Shown here: one piece after another, positions 45,259 to 57,485 of the stretch | Layout: each line of letters starts with the position of its first letter | How positions within the stretch are numbered: position 1 is the first letter of the stretch | Assembly: GCA_002269645.1 (NCBI GenBank) | Contig: NIVC01003038.1 | Span: 59,700-123,699 of the forward strand | Reading direction: 5' to 3' | Length of the DNA stretch: 64,000 nt | From: Macrostomum lignano | Lineage: Eukaryota | Made by a program: the position numbers and the translations under genes | The notes under the pieces: generated by a model | Databases searched by the model: none | The model's input: only the letters and a program-made list of their open reading frames with translations | What the model was told of the DNA's origin: nothing

Positions 45259-48200
45259 TCAAACTGTCAGGGTACCGTTAATGTACTTGGCCCATTCGAT
45301 AATGTTCCTGGTGCAGACGACGCACCTGGCTATGTGGCCAGTGCCGCTCGCGTAGGTGAAGGTCTCCGATTTCAGCACGGGTTCCTCTGTCTCCGTGGCG
45401 CGCAGCCACAGGGTGTGAAAGTCTTTGAAGTAGCCGCAGCTGCCCTCGCCTCGGCATTCGATGAACATGTTCTTCTTGAACCTTAGGCAGCTGCCTGGCG
45501 AGGACAGGGGCTGCACCGAATCTCCAGGGGTTTGGCGGCCGAACTGCGGTGGGGGCGACGGGTTGCTGCTTGTAGATGTCTGATGGTGCTTGTGGATGTC
45601 TGAGTGTGCTTGTGGATGTCTGAGTGTGCTTGTAGATGTCTGATGGTGCTTGTGGATGTCTGAGTGTGCTTTTGGATGTCTGAGTGTGCTTGTAGATGTC
45701 TGATGGTGCTTGTAGATGTCTGATGGTGCTTGTGGATGTCTGAGTGTGCTTGTGGATGTCTGATGGTGCTTGTGGATGTCTGAGTGTGCTTGTGGATGTC
45801 TGAATGTGCTTGTGGATGTCTGAGTGTGCTTGTGGATGTCTGAATGTGCTTGTGGATGTCTGAGTGTGCTTGTGGATGTCTGAGTGTGCTTTTGGATGTC
45901 TGAGTGTGCTTGTAGATGTCTGATGGTGCTTGTGGATGTCTGAGTGTGCTTGTGGATGTCTGAATGTGCTTGTGGATGGCTGAGTGTGCTTGTGGATGTC
46001 TGAGTGTGCTTGTGGATGTCTAAGTGTGCTTGTAGATGTCTGATGGTGCTTGTGGATGTCTGAGTGTGCTTGTAGATGTCTGAGTGTGCTTGTGGATGTC
46101 TGATGGTGCTTTTGGATGTCTGAGTGTGCTTGTGGATGTCTGAGTGTGCTTGTAGATGTCTGAGTGTGCTTGTGGATGGCTGAGTGTGCTTATTAAGCGT
46201 AAATATAGTCATTGACAGTTTGATGCCAATAGATACTCACTGTTAAGAGGCTGTGACCATCCCAGAGCGATCTCCATCCCGAGGGACAATTCGGCCTAGT
46301 ATTGGTGTAGTTGTGAAATGCGTACACCTGCAAATAGATGGAGAGTGGTGGTAACGAATGAATCTTTTTTTCAGTTTCTTAAAATTGATTTAAATACAGC
46401 GTATATTTTCTCAGTGTACATTGCCTCAGTGCGTAGATGCTAATAAAGTAAACAATAGTTGCTACTAACCTTGCTGGGCGAATAGCACACGGCGCAACGA
46501 CTGATGTACTGGGACATGTTCCTGTAGGTGTCCAAGTCCATTGCCATCTCCATGGTAACGGAGACATCCGTGCTCAGCCAGTAGGACAGGCTGTTCCTCT
46601 GGGCGTTGTGGCAGTTCTTGGAGTTCTCGCACAGGCTGAACGGCATTACGTTGAAGCGTCGAAGGCAGGAGCCGGGACTGCCGAGGTCGTAGACTTTGCT
46701 GTACGAGTTCGAGAACACCGACATGAACGAGTAGCCGGCCCAAAGGCGCTGCGTGCCGCTGGGACAACCGGGAACGTCGGTCCGCTGACTGTGCAACGCA
46801 AACATGTCGCCCCGCAGGTTGCGACCCTCCGGACCGCGGTCACCGTCGCTGCCCGGCTCGCCTTTGGAACCGTTGTCGCCGCCGTCGCCGTGATCACCCT
46901 GCTGGCCTTTTGGCCCCGGCGGGCCCTTGTCGCCAATGGGCCCCGCCTCGCCCAGGTCGCCTTTTGGCCCCGGTGGTCCTCGCGGACCCCTCCCGCCGGC
47001 GAGGCCGTCGCGACCCTCTCGACCCGGCGCTCCCAGGGTGCCTTTCTCGCCAACCTCGCCAACCTGGCCGACGCTGCCGGTCACGGAGTCGCCCCGTTCA
47101 CCTTTCTCACCGTCGCTGCCCCGGTCGCCGACTTGGCCGCTCTGGCCGCGTGAGCCCAATCTGCCCTTGTCGCCTTTAAACCCGGCGACGCCTTTGGCTC
47201 CGCGTTCGCCCAGCTCGCCTTTCGCGCCAACTCGACCGTCCGGACCGACCGCGCCCTTGCGACCCTGCTTGCCCAGCGGCCCAGACGAGCCTTCAACGCC
47301 TGTGACGCCTTTGTCGCCTTCCAGGCCTACGTTGCCCTTTTCTCCGGCCTGGCCCTTGTCGCCTTGCCGGCCCTTGATAGCGTCCTGACCCTTCAAAGCA
47401 TCTTCACCGGCCTTGCCTTTGACACCTTTAGGTCCTGTGTCGCCCAGCTCGCCTTTATCGCCTTTCTGCCCGTCGGTTCCGGTTTCGCCTTTGAGCCCGA
47501 CGTCGCCATCGCGACCCTTCTGGCCCCGGTCGCCCAAATCGCCCTTGTCACCGACCGAGCCCTTGCTGCCGGTGGCGCCTTTTACGTACACAGTGTTCAC
47601 GTCACCGAGCTGGCCGCGGTCGCCCTTGTCCCCGGTGTCTCCGCTGTCTCCAGTGAAGCCTTTGTCGCCCACTGACCCTGTCGAGCCATTGTCGCCGCTA
47701 ACGCCTTTCTGACCGCGCTCGCTAGCCTCGCCAATCTGGCCTTTCAAACCTTTAGCGCCTTGGTTGCCAAACGTGCCTTTCCGACCGACGTTGCCGTCGC
47801 TGCCGTTGACTCCTGGCTCACCGACAGGGCCGCGGTCGCCTACCGGCCCCCTGGCACCCGTGTCACCCGGTGGACCCTGAGGACCGATGTCTCCGAGGTC
47901 GTCGCTGCGTCCGCCAGCCCCGCCGCGCATGCCTTTGGCGCCTTTCTCGCCCAACGGGCCCTTGGGTCCTCTGGGTCCCTTGTCGCCCGGTTGGCCATTC
48001 GGTCCCTTGTCGCCTAGGAAACCTTTGTAGCCTTGGTTACCGCGGTCACCCTGTGCAATATTTTTAATAATAACTGTAGTTTATATCCTTAAACTCCATT
48101 CTCTGTTCATGTGAATTGTGAACCAACCCCTTCTCTCCTGCTCCTATTTTCTTTTGATGAACGCTTAGCGCTCTGCCCCGTCCGTCATCTCTCTTTTTCT

Positions 48201-51200
48201 TATTCTCCTCTTCCCCTATGTACATGTAGGCCCATCCTTTCCATGGCTTTCTTGCAATGTACGCTTGCCGCTTCTCGCTCCACCCCGCCTGTTATTTCTC
48301 ATCTCCTACACTCACACATTCGGCCTATGTACAAGCATGCCCCACCCCTCCCCAGGTTTTTTTCTATGTACGCTCTCTCTCTCCCGTCTTTTGTCTCTCT
48401 CATCTCCTCACCCGTTCGTCTATGTACATGTAAGGCTCCCCTGTTTTATTATCGCCCATTAAAAGCGAAAATAAACTAACGAGAATGCTCCATGATGCTA
48501 CCACTGTCTTTTTCACTACAGAACAAACTATACTCCTCATTGATTCATATTTTAAAACAAGACTGATAGGCCTGATTATTGAAGTATAGCAACTTTAGAT
48601 CCGCTTGGTCTCACCTGAGCACCCAGCTCGCCTTTCCTGCCTTCTCGGCCGTCCATTCCAGCCGTGCCATTATCGCCAACGGTTCCCTTGGGACCCAGCG
48701 GCCCAGCCGGTCCGTTCGGCCCGCGAGGACCGACGTCGCCTTTCTCGCCCGTCGGCCCGAAGGCTGCGTAGCCGCGTGGCCCGACACTGCCATTGTCGCC
48801 TTTAGCTCCGACTGGACCGTCGGGACCAGGCGGGCCGCGGCTGCCAATATCGCCGAGCTTGCCCTTGGTGCCCTTGTACTCCTTGCCGGGCCAGCCGGGC
48901 AGCCCGACGTTGCCCTTCGGCCCGGTGTCACCTTGAACTCCTTTGAAGCCGGTGTGGCCGACGGGTCCTTCAATACCGATCGTACCGTTCTCACCTTTGT
49001 CGCCCTTGACTCCGACGTAGCCTTTCTCGCCTTGAACTCCTTTGTCGCCTTGCGGGCCTCGTTCGCCTGCGGTTCCGTTGGGACCGATCGGACCCCGATC
49101 CCCGGCCTCTCCGAAGTCGCCCTTCTGACCCCGGTCGCCCTGAACGCCCTGGTAGCCCTTGGGGCCGATGGGGCCCGTCGGGCCTCTGCGGCCAGTCACG
49201 CCCTGGTTCCGATTGGTCCGGTTGCGCCCATCCAGTCCGGGCTCGCCTTTGTCGCCAGTTAAGCCGGTTGCGCCTTTCTCTCCTTTCTCACCCCGGTCGG
49301 CTGGATTCTCGTCGCCTCGCTCGCCTTTCTGCCCAGTCCGTCCCTTCTCGCCGTTTGCACCCTGTTCGCCAAAATCACCCAAATAGCCGGTGGCACCTTT
49401 GATGCCGTTTGGCGCATCGTCGCCCGTCTCGCCGCGCGGGCCCGTATCACCTCGTTCGCCCTTGTAGCCGATGCTGCCATTCTCGCCGACGACGCCTTTG
49501 CTCGCGCTGCCTTCGACACCTTTGGGACCCTGGTCACCGCGACGGCCTTTCTGCCCGATGCTGCCATCAGTGCCGTTGTCGCCTTTGAGGCCTTTGACGC
49601 CTTTGAAGCCGAGGTCGCCCTTCTCTCCGACGTCGCCTCGAGCGCCCTGATCGCCGCGAGTCCCATTTTCGCCGCGGTCTCCGGTCTGGCCTTTCCGGCC
49701 GCGCTTGCCGTTCGGCCCTACGATGCCCTTCTCGCCGAGGCCGCCGTTGACAGCCGAATCGCCTTTGTCACCTTGCTCGCCTTTGAAGCCCAATTCGCCT
49801 TTGACGCCTTTGACACCTTTACGATATTCGCCTGTCTCTCCTTTGATTCCTTTGGCGCCTTTGAAGCCTTTGGCCCCGGCGACGGAGCTGGCGTTCTCGC
49901 CTTTAACACCGACGAAGCCTTTGGGGCCCTTCTCGCCTTTCTGACCTTTAGTGGCGTTCCTGCCGTCCAGTCCGTGCGCCGCATTGTCTCCCTGGCAGGG
50001 GCGGAGAGAAATAGTGAAATACTGTTGGAAACATTGTGGACCTACTCTGACTGCTCACTTTGGACCTTTCTTCACGGAACTAATTTTGGGACTTAATTTT
50101 GGGATGTGTACATCACTTTAAAAATTGTTTGGGACGGCTTTCAGGATTCATTTTATTTCATTTTGGCCTCCTTCAACTCTTATTTTAAAAAGGTTTATTT
50201 CAAGACAAATCTTCGGTACTTATTTATTATTGTTTTACTTCCTTTCATGACTCATAGCAAACTCAACAATTTTTCGACTTACCCTCTCGCCCTTGTCGCC
50301 AGTGTAGCCCTTGGCCCCCAATCTGGCGTCCTCGCCGAAGCTGCCCTTCTCGCCTTTTCGTCCAGCCTCGCCGGTGCTGCCCCGTTCGCCTTTCTCTGGT
50401 TCCCTGGTGCCCTGCGGTGGCCGAACTTCGCCCGGCTCGCCCTTGTCACCTTCGAAGCCTTTGGCGCCTTCATTGCCTGGGAAACCCTGGGGATGCGCAA
50501 TGACAGAGTGAGTTGTCGTCTATTCTTATTCTATTCTATATTCTCATCTAATTTTCTAATCTCTTCTAATCCAATCCTACCTTATTCTATTCTAACTTTT
50601 CGTTCTCCCTTGCTCACCTGCGGTCCCCGATCGCCGGCTTCACCTTCGTCGCCTCGCAGGCCGACGTCGCCAAAGTTGCCGGGGACCCCCTTCGGTCCGA
50701 CGTTACCGCGGTCACCGGCTCGGCCCTTGGCGCCCTGGTCGCCCTTCTGGCCCTTCCTCGGCGCCGGCGGCGTGCAATCCTCGTAGCAGCCGCCTTTGGC
50801 CCCGACGGTGCCTTTTTTACCAGTCTCACCGGAGCTTCCGGGTGGCCCCTCCAAGCCTTTGACACCCTTCGGTCCGCGCTCTCCCTTCGGCCCGACTGTG
50901 TCGTTGCCGGTCGGCCCAGGCAGTCCGGGCACCCCGATGCCGCCCTTGAAGCCAGTCTCGCCCGGTGGGCCCTTGTCGCCGCGCTCGCCTTTGCCCGTGT
51001 CACCGAATTCTCCGATATCGCCGACGTAGCCGATTCGCCCTGGCGGCCCTGTTGGACCTTTTTCGCCTTTCGGGCCTTCCTCGCCCGGGTGTCCGGTCTC
51101 GCCGGCCAAGCCTCGATTGCCGTCCGAATGGCCGAATCCCTTGGCTCCGGTGGCGCCCGGCTCGCCCTTTCGGCCACGCTTGCCGACCGGACCGAGTTCG

Positions 51201-54200
51201 CCTGGAGAGCCTGCGGAGATGAGAGATGAGAGATAACGGACCTGATAAGATAACTGAGACAGTGGATGCGACATTACTAGCTTAGGTACGAGATAACACA
51301 AGGAGACAAGAGAAAATTAGTAAAGATAGGAAGTCAGAGATAAGAGATAAGAGTTGGCAGCTCGAAGATCAAATCTGAAAAGTTGTAAAGTAAATTAATA
51401 GAAAATAGTCTTTTCAAACTGACTTACCCCTACTTCCCTGAGGTCCTGCATCACCAGTTGGACCAGGCGGCCCTTGGGGTCCCCTCGATGATGTCGTTGG
51501 ACCAGGGTCTCCAGTTGGACCCTTAAGGAGAAAATTCGAGGCCGAATACCACCGATTGAACAGGCTAAAGGCTGTGTGCTGTTACTACCAAATATGCCTT
51601 TAACTAACAAGTTCAGCCTAACCAACCCTTCCTGCACATCCATCACCCTATTCTGAAACACCCACCACTAATGACCCATGCAGGCACACCCGGCACCCGA
51701 GTCACTCAAACCCTAGCAAGCAAACCCACCACCTCATTCTAGCAAACTCACCACCCCTATTCAAACAAACCCACCAACCTCATTCCAGCAAACCCACCAA
51801 CCCCATTCCAGTAAACCCACCACCCCTATTCTAGCAAACCCTCCACCCCATTCTAGCAAACCCTCCACCCCATTCTAGCAAACCCACCACCCCTATTCTA
51901 GCAAACCCACCACCCCCATTCTAGCAAACCCACCGCCCCTATTCAAACAAACCCACCACCCCAATTTCAGCAAACCCACCACCCCTATTCTAGCAAACCC
52001 TCCACCCCATTCTAGCAAACCCTCCACCCCAATTTCAGCAAACCCATCACCCCCATTCTAGCAAACCCTCCACCCCTATTCTAGCAAACCCTCCACCCCA
52101 TTCTAGCAAACCCACCACCCCAATTTCAGCAAACCCATCACCCCCATTCTAGCAAACCCTCCACCCCCATTCTAGCAAACCCACCACCCTATTCTAGCAA
52201 ACCCTCCACCCCATTCTAGCAAACCCTCCACCCCATTCTAGCAAACCCACCACCCCAATTTCAACAAACCCACCAACCTCATTCTAGCAAACCCACCGCC
52301 CCTATTCAAACAAACCCACCACCCCAATTTCAGCAAACCCATCACCCCCATTCTAGCAAACCCTCCACCCCATTCTAGCAAACCCATCGCCCCTATTCAA
52401 ACAAACCCACCACCCCCATTCCAGCAAACCCACCAACCCCATTCCAGTAAACCCACCACCCCTATTCCAGCAAACCCACCGCCCCTATTCTAGCAAACCC
52501 ACCACCCCCATTCCAGCAAACCCACCGCCCCTATTCTAGCAAACCCACCACCCCCATTCCAGCAAACCCACCGCCCCAATTCTAGCAAACCCTCCACCTC
52601 TATTCCAGAAAACCCACACCTCAGGACCACTCACCCGCATTCCTTTCTGTCCTTTTTTTCCGGGGTCTCCTATATCGCCTTTGATGCCGATCTCTCCTGG
52701 GCCTCCTTTCCGTCCGGTGTTGCCGTCCTTGCCCGGCTCGCCTGCGACGCCACGCGACCCTACATCGCCGCGAGGTCCCGGTTTGCCCGGCGGGCCCTTC
52801 ACACCTGGGTCGCCGTTCCCTCCGGTACCACCTTGAATTCCGACAGTGCCCTGCAAATTAAATTACGAGCGTAATAGTTAAAAATCACCCCTATAATTTC
52901 AAGCTCTAGTATCGTCATTCAAGAACTTTACTACTAAATCCCAGCACTTAAGATACTCAAGTAAGCAAATCCATGTTTTTACAACCCAAAACCAATCTTT
53001 ACAACTCTTTAATCATAAATCCGAACAATTGAACCTTTAATATTGACCAGAAAAAATTAAACCTCTTTTTCAACTCCCTAATGATTGATAGTGCGAACTA
53101 AACTAAAAGCCGAAACAATCAAACTTCCCAATGATCAATAGAAATTCCGCATGATCATGACAGATTGAAGATCATCCCCCAATATTAGCGAGCCGCCAGA
53201 CCTGGTCACCCTTCACGCCTCGCTCTCCCTTAGGTCCAAGCTCTCCCTTGAAGCCTTTGTCCCCAGCTGGGCCGCTCATGTTATTGACTAGAATGTCCAA
53301 CAGCGAGTAGTTGCTCGATGTCAGGGCGATGCGAGTCTCGATGCCTGGACTGCCTTTTCGACCTTTTTCACCTTTGTAGCCCTGAAGACAGGTGGGAAGG
53401 TTAGTCCAATAGTCAATAATTAGAAATACGAGCGTAAATCGATACTTTAGTCTGGTAGCAAATGAACGCGCTTTGCTCTCACCTTCGGGCCGATGACAAA
53501 CTCTCCGATTCGGCCTTTATCGCCTCTCTGACCTCTCTGACCTTCGTATCCGAGTTGGCCCTGGAAGTAAGAATAGTTGAAATAGCTCTGAACGCTTTCC
53601 ATGAATTATCAATAATTGTGCCTTAGGTCACTTGAGTTTTTCGTAAAGACCCGCGTGAGTTTGAAAATTAACACAGGTGAGTTGTAGAATAAGTGTACAA
53701 TGATCGCACCTTGTTTCCTTTCTCGCCTTTGTAGCCCTTCTCGCCGGGAGGGCCTTCCGGTCCGGTCGGGCCGGGAAAGCCAATGTAGCCGGGGTCGCCC
53801 GGGTCACCTGGGAGGCCTTTGAGAGAGGCGAGCGACTCAGCCGGCTGGCCCTGGAAAAGAGAAGGGTTTGCCGGCAGCTTGTGTAAATTGCAAGTTGATA
53901 CAGGTGTGGAGCGATGGGTAAGGGTTTGCTGGGCTGGCTGTCTGGGTGTGGAGCGATGGGGAAGGGTTTGCTGGGCTGGCTGTCTGGGTGTGGAGCGATG
54001 GGGAAGGGTTTGCTCTGCTGGCTATCTGGGTGTGGAGCGATGGGGAAGGGTTTACTCGGCTGGCTATCTGGGTGTCGAGCGATGGGGAAGGGTTTACTCG
54101 GCTGGCTATCTGGGTGTGGAGCGATGGGGAAGGGTTTGCTCGGCTGGCTATCTGGGTGTGGAGCGATGGGGAAGAGTTTGATGGGCTGGCTGTCTGGGTG

Positions 54201-56372
54201 CGGAGCGATGGGGATTGGTTTGATGGGCTGGCTATCTGGGTGTGTAGCGATGGGGAAGAGTTTGAGGGGTTTCCTTTTCAGTACTAATTTCAGTCATATA
54301 GACCATCAAGATCATCGCCTTTGTTTCACCTTCCGACCCTGCGGTCCTCTGGATCCGTTGTCGCCCTTTTCGCCGAAATCGCCCGGAGCGCCCGGCTGAC
54401 CCGGATCGCCCGGCCGGCCGCTGCATCCGGGCTCGCCTTTAAAACCGAACGTGCCGTCTACGCCTCTGGCACCTCGGGTGCCCTGTGGATGAGGTTTTTT
54501 ATTGAAGAAAGATGCATAGACAGATCTGAAGCAGGTATTAGTGGCAGTAACAGAAACTCACCTTCGGTCCCGTGTCTCCCTGAATGCCAACTTCGCCCGG
54601 TTCGCCCGTTGCACCTTTGAATCCTTTCGGTCCGTAAGGCCCCTCGGCACCTTTCCGGCCTTTTTCACCTCGTGCTCCCGGAGGTCCAGCCAGGCCGTTA
54701 ATGCCTTTGATGCCTTTAGGACCTCGATCGCCCTGAAGAGAGCAATGGGGTGAAGAGCTTTTGAGAATGGCTGCTTTGACCGGGTGTGAGAGATTGGAAA
54801 AAGGTTTGTGAAGTTGGCTATCTAAGTGTGGAACGATGGGGGAAGGGGGTTGTAGATTTGGCTATCTGAGTGTGGAGCGATGGGGGAAGGGGGGGGGTTG
54901 TAGATTTGGCTATCTGAGTGTAGAGCGGTGGGGGAAGGGGGTTTGTAGAGTTGGCTATCTGAGTGTGGAGCGATGGGGGAAGGGGGGTTTGTAGAGTTGG
55001 CTATCTGAGTGTGGAACGATGGGGGAAGGGGGTTTGTAGAGTTGGCTATCTGAGTGTGGAACGATGGGGGAAGGGGGGTTGTAGATTTGGCTATCTAAGT
55101 GTGGAACGATGGGGGAAGGGGGTTTGTAGAGTTGGCTATCTGAGTGTGGAGCGATGGGGGAAGGGGGGTTTGTAGAGTTGGCTATCTGAGTGTGGAGCGA
55201 TGGGGGAAGGGGGGTTTGTAGAGTTGGCTATCTAAGTGTGGAACGATGGGGGAAGGGGGTTGTAGATTTGGCTATCTGAGTGTGGAGCGATGGGGGAAGG
55301 GGGGGTTGTAGATTTGGCTATCTGAGTGTGGAGCGGTGGGGGAAGGGGGTTTGTAGAGTTGGCTATCTGAGTGTGGAGCGATGGGGGAAGGGGGTTTGTA
55401 GAGTTGGCTATCTGAGTGTGGAACGATGGGGGAAGGGGGTTTGTAGAGTTGGCTATCTGAGTGTGGAGCGATGGGGAAGGGGGTTTGTAGAGTTGGCTAT
55501 CTGAGTGTGGAGCGATGGGGGAAGGGGGGTTTGTAGAGTTGGCTATCTGAGTGTGGAGCGATGGGGGAAGGGGGGTTGTAGATTTGGCTATCTGAGTGTG
55601 GAGCGATGGGGGAAGGGGTTTGTAGAGTTGGCTATCTGAGTGTGGAGCGATGGGGGAAGGGGGGTTTGTAGAGTTGGCTATCTGAGTGTGGAGCGATGGG
55701 GGAAGGGGGGTTGTAGATTTGGCTATCTAAGTGTGGAGCGATTAAGTTGCATCATTAATACAAGTTCACCAGATGACTTGACTGCTGCATTTTAGTCAAG
55801 TGATGAGCCATTTGCTTACCGCGTAGCCCTTGGCTCCGTCGCACATGCAAGGTTCGGTGGCGCAAGTCTGCAATGCAAAGAATCGTGGGGCAGCATGTTT
55901 TTGTCGGCTTTTATGACGCATCAAAGGTGACCGAGGGGGTAGTTTCCCAGAAAATAAGAATATTTACAACTCCTCCACTAGGTGAATTACCAACATGCCT
56001 GTGTTGCAAGAAATTAACATATGATTGTCTTCATGATAGAGTTTTGTGAAACCAGCTCAGCGGATGACCAGTCACTAAATCGATGCAGCGACAAATAGCT
56101 ACGAGTATTTATACAGCACTTAAAATTGCAAAAATGGTGAGAAGGCCTAAAAAGCTTCAAGCCTGAAGGCCTAAAACCAAACTAGCTCGTAAGTAAATTG
56201 GCTACAAATTATATCGACGGCTGTGGACTTCAGTATGAAAAAATCTGGAAAAATGCATCTTGAAACTCACCGCAGCCGACCTGACGGGCTCAGGAAGGCA
56301 GCTCAATGCAACTAGCAACGCAAAGAGAAGCAGCAGAGGCAGCCTGGGCGCATTACGACGGCGTTGCTCCAT
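45259..56372 (-). CDS. Type IV collagen alpha chain, complete (about 1769 aa): signal peptide, Cys-containing 7S, interrupted Gly-X-Y domain, NC1
   Basis: Exons 56372-56271, 55867-55820, 54732-54562, 54482-54330, 53850-53710, 53560-53483, 53381-53202, 52850-52635, 51521-51428, 51210-50618, 50486-50283, 49991-48615, 48050-46470, 46327-46241 and 45543-45259 join in frame (5310 nt). Signal [25 protein letters not shown]; 7[15 protein letters not shown]; NC1 [37 protein letters not shown] twice, with all 12 Cys. Alpha1-like versus alpha2-like class not assigned. Confidence 0.95.
45570..46192. repeat. 20-bp minisatellite in the last collagen IV intron
   Basis: GATGTCTGAGTGTGCTTGT(G/A), about 31 copies. 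Confidence 0.95.
51715..52605. repeat. C-rich ~21-23-bp minisatellite (collagen intron)
   Basis: ATTCTAGCAAACCC(A/T)CCACCCC(T) variants. Confidence 0.9.
53905..54262. repeat. 42-bp G-rich minisatellite (collagen intron)
   Basis: GGGTGTGGAGCGATGGGGAAGGGTTTGCTGGGCTGGCT(G/A)TCT, about 8 copies. Confidence 0.9.
54805..55741. repeat. ~45-bp G-rich minisatellite related to the 42-bp array
   Basis: GAGTGTGGAGCGATGGGGGAAGGGGGTTTGTAGAGTTGGCTATCT, about 21 copies. It shares GTGTGGAGCGATGGGGAAGGG and TGGCTATCT with 53905-54262. Confidence 0.9.
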
Positions 56373-57485
56373 TGAGATCACGCAAGTCCCGGGTGAAGCT
56401 CAATGCCGTCTCCGTTGCTCCGGAAGCCTTTCTAACCAGTATGCTAGCAGGGTTTATCAATCTGTTCTCTTCACCAAATTGGATCCAACTGTTGGACGGC
56501 GGCAATGTGCCGGCTGCTGCGGCGTTGCTAGGAAAATGCAAAACCGATTCCTGGGCGGATGGGTGGGTAGCGCCGCTTGTACGCGCCGCCAGGTGATGCG
56601 CAGAAGCGTTTCCTTTCCTCCTGCTGCCCGATCTCCTCTCGGCCCGGTTAGGGGAAGGTATAGTTCAGCAAAAGCTGGGACGTGGAGGGAAGTTTAACTG
56701 CGCTCTGATGCGCTACGAGTGGGCGCTCTGGAGCTGCGCCATCTTCCTCTTCTTTTCCCTAGAAGAAGACCAAGAACTGCGCATAAACCGGTAATGGGGG
56801 GGTGAAGGCAGGGCAGGCTAGGATGCAGCATCCGCAGCATCCGGGATGACGGGATGCGGAATTCGCCAGACAAATTTGGTACATTCGCTGCGCTCTTGTG
56901 CGCGCGGCAGTGCGTCAGACCCGGCCGGGGGCTTTGTAGCAGCATTCGAGCAAGCAGCAAATTTGGACGCTCTACCGGAACCCGCGCGCGACTGACTGGG
57001 CCAGATCGAAAACTCCAGAGGGTCGGGGCTGGGCTTAGAGGTGTTCGGGTAGGGTAAGGCGGAACCAGTGCGCGTTCGCCATTCACCTTGAAGAAAGAGA
57101 GGCGGAGAGGATGAGGAAAAGTTAGGCTGGGCCAGAAATTTGCTTTCACTTGCCTGTCTCTGAACCCCGCAATCCATCCACAAATGGCGCACAAGTAGCG
57201 AAAGTAGCGTTTCTACCCCGATATTCTGCGGCCTCATCCCCGCTTCCGAACTTCCCTCTCCTCTCCCAGTCTCCTATTTTCTCTCTCTCTCTCTCTATTC
57301 GGGTTTGATTTCGCAGCACAGCAACGAACCTCGCCGAGCGTTGCCTCTCTCGAGGATATCTCCAATTGCATCCGGACCCTCGAGCAGAGCCGTGTCCAGA
57401 GCAGCCAGCGGGTGTCCATTGTATTGTAGCGAATAGGTAACTGGAAGACGTCGGGTAAAGATCAAGGGGAACTTTGTCTGGTGGC
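56373..57485. promoter_or_regulatory. Bidirectional promoter and 5' UTR region between the head-to-head collagen IV genes
   Basis: Divergent ATGs at 56372 (-) and 57486 (+), about 1.1 kb apart. GC/CpG-rich, with a CT tract near 57250-57300 and CCAAT near 57361. Transcription start sites not determinable. Confidence 0.65.

Noticed and set aside
45544-46212. His/Thr/Ser-rich repeat domain fused to collagen NC1 (ORF 45259..46212)
   Set aside because: Read-through of a 20-bp intronic minisatellite; the true exon starts at the acceptor at 45543.
46465-51222. Numerous Pro/Ser-rich or Ala/Arg-rich ORFs overlapping the collagen exons
   Set aside because: Antisense and alternate-frame shadows of GC-rich Gly-X-Y codons.
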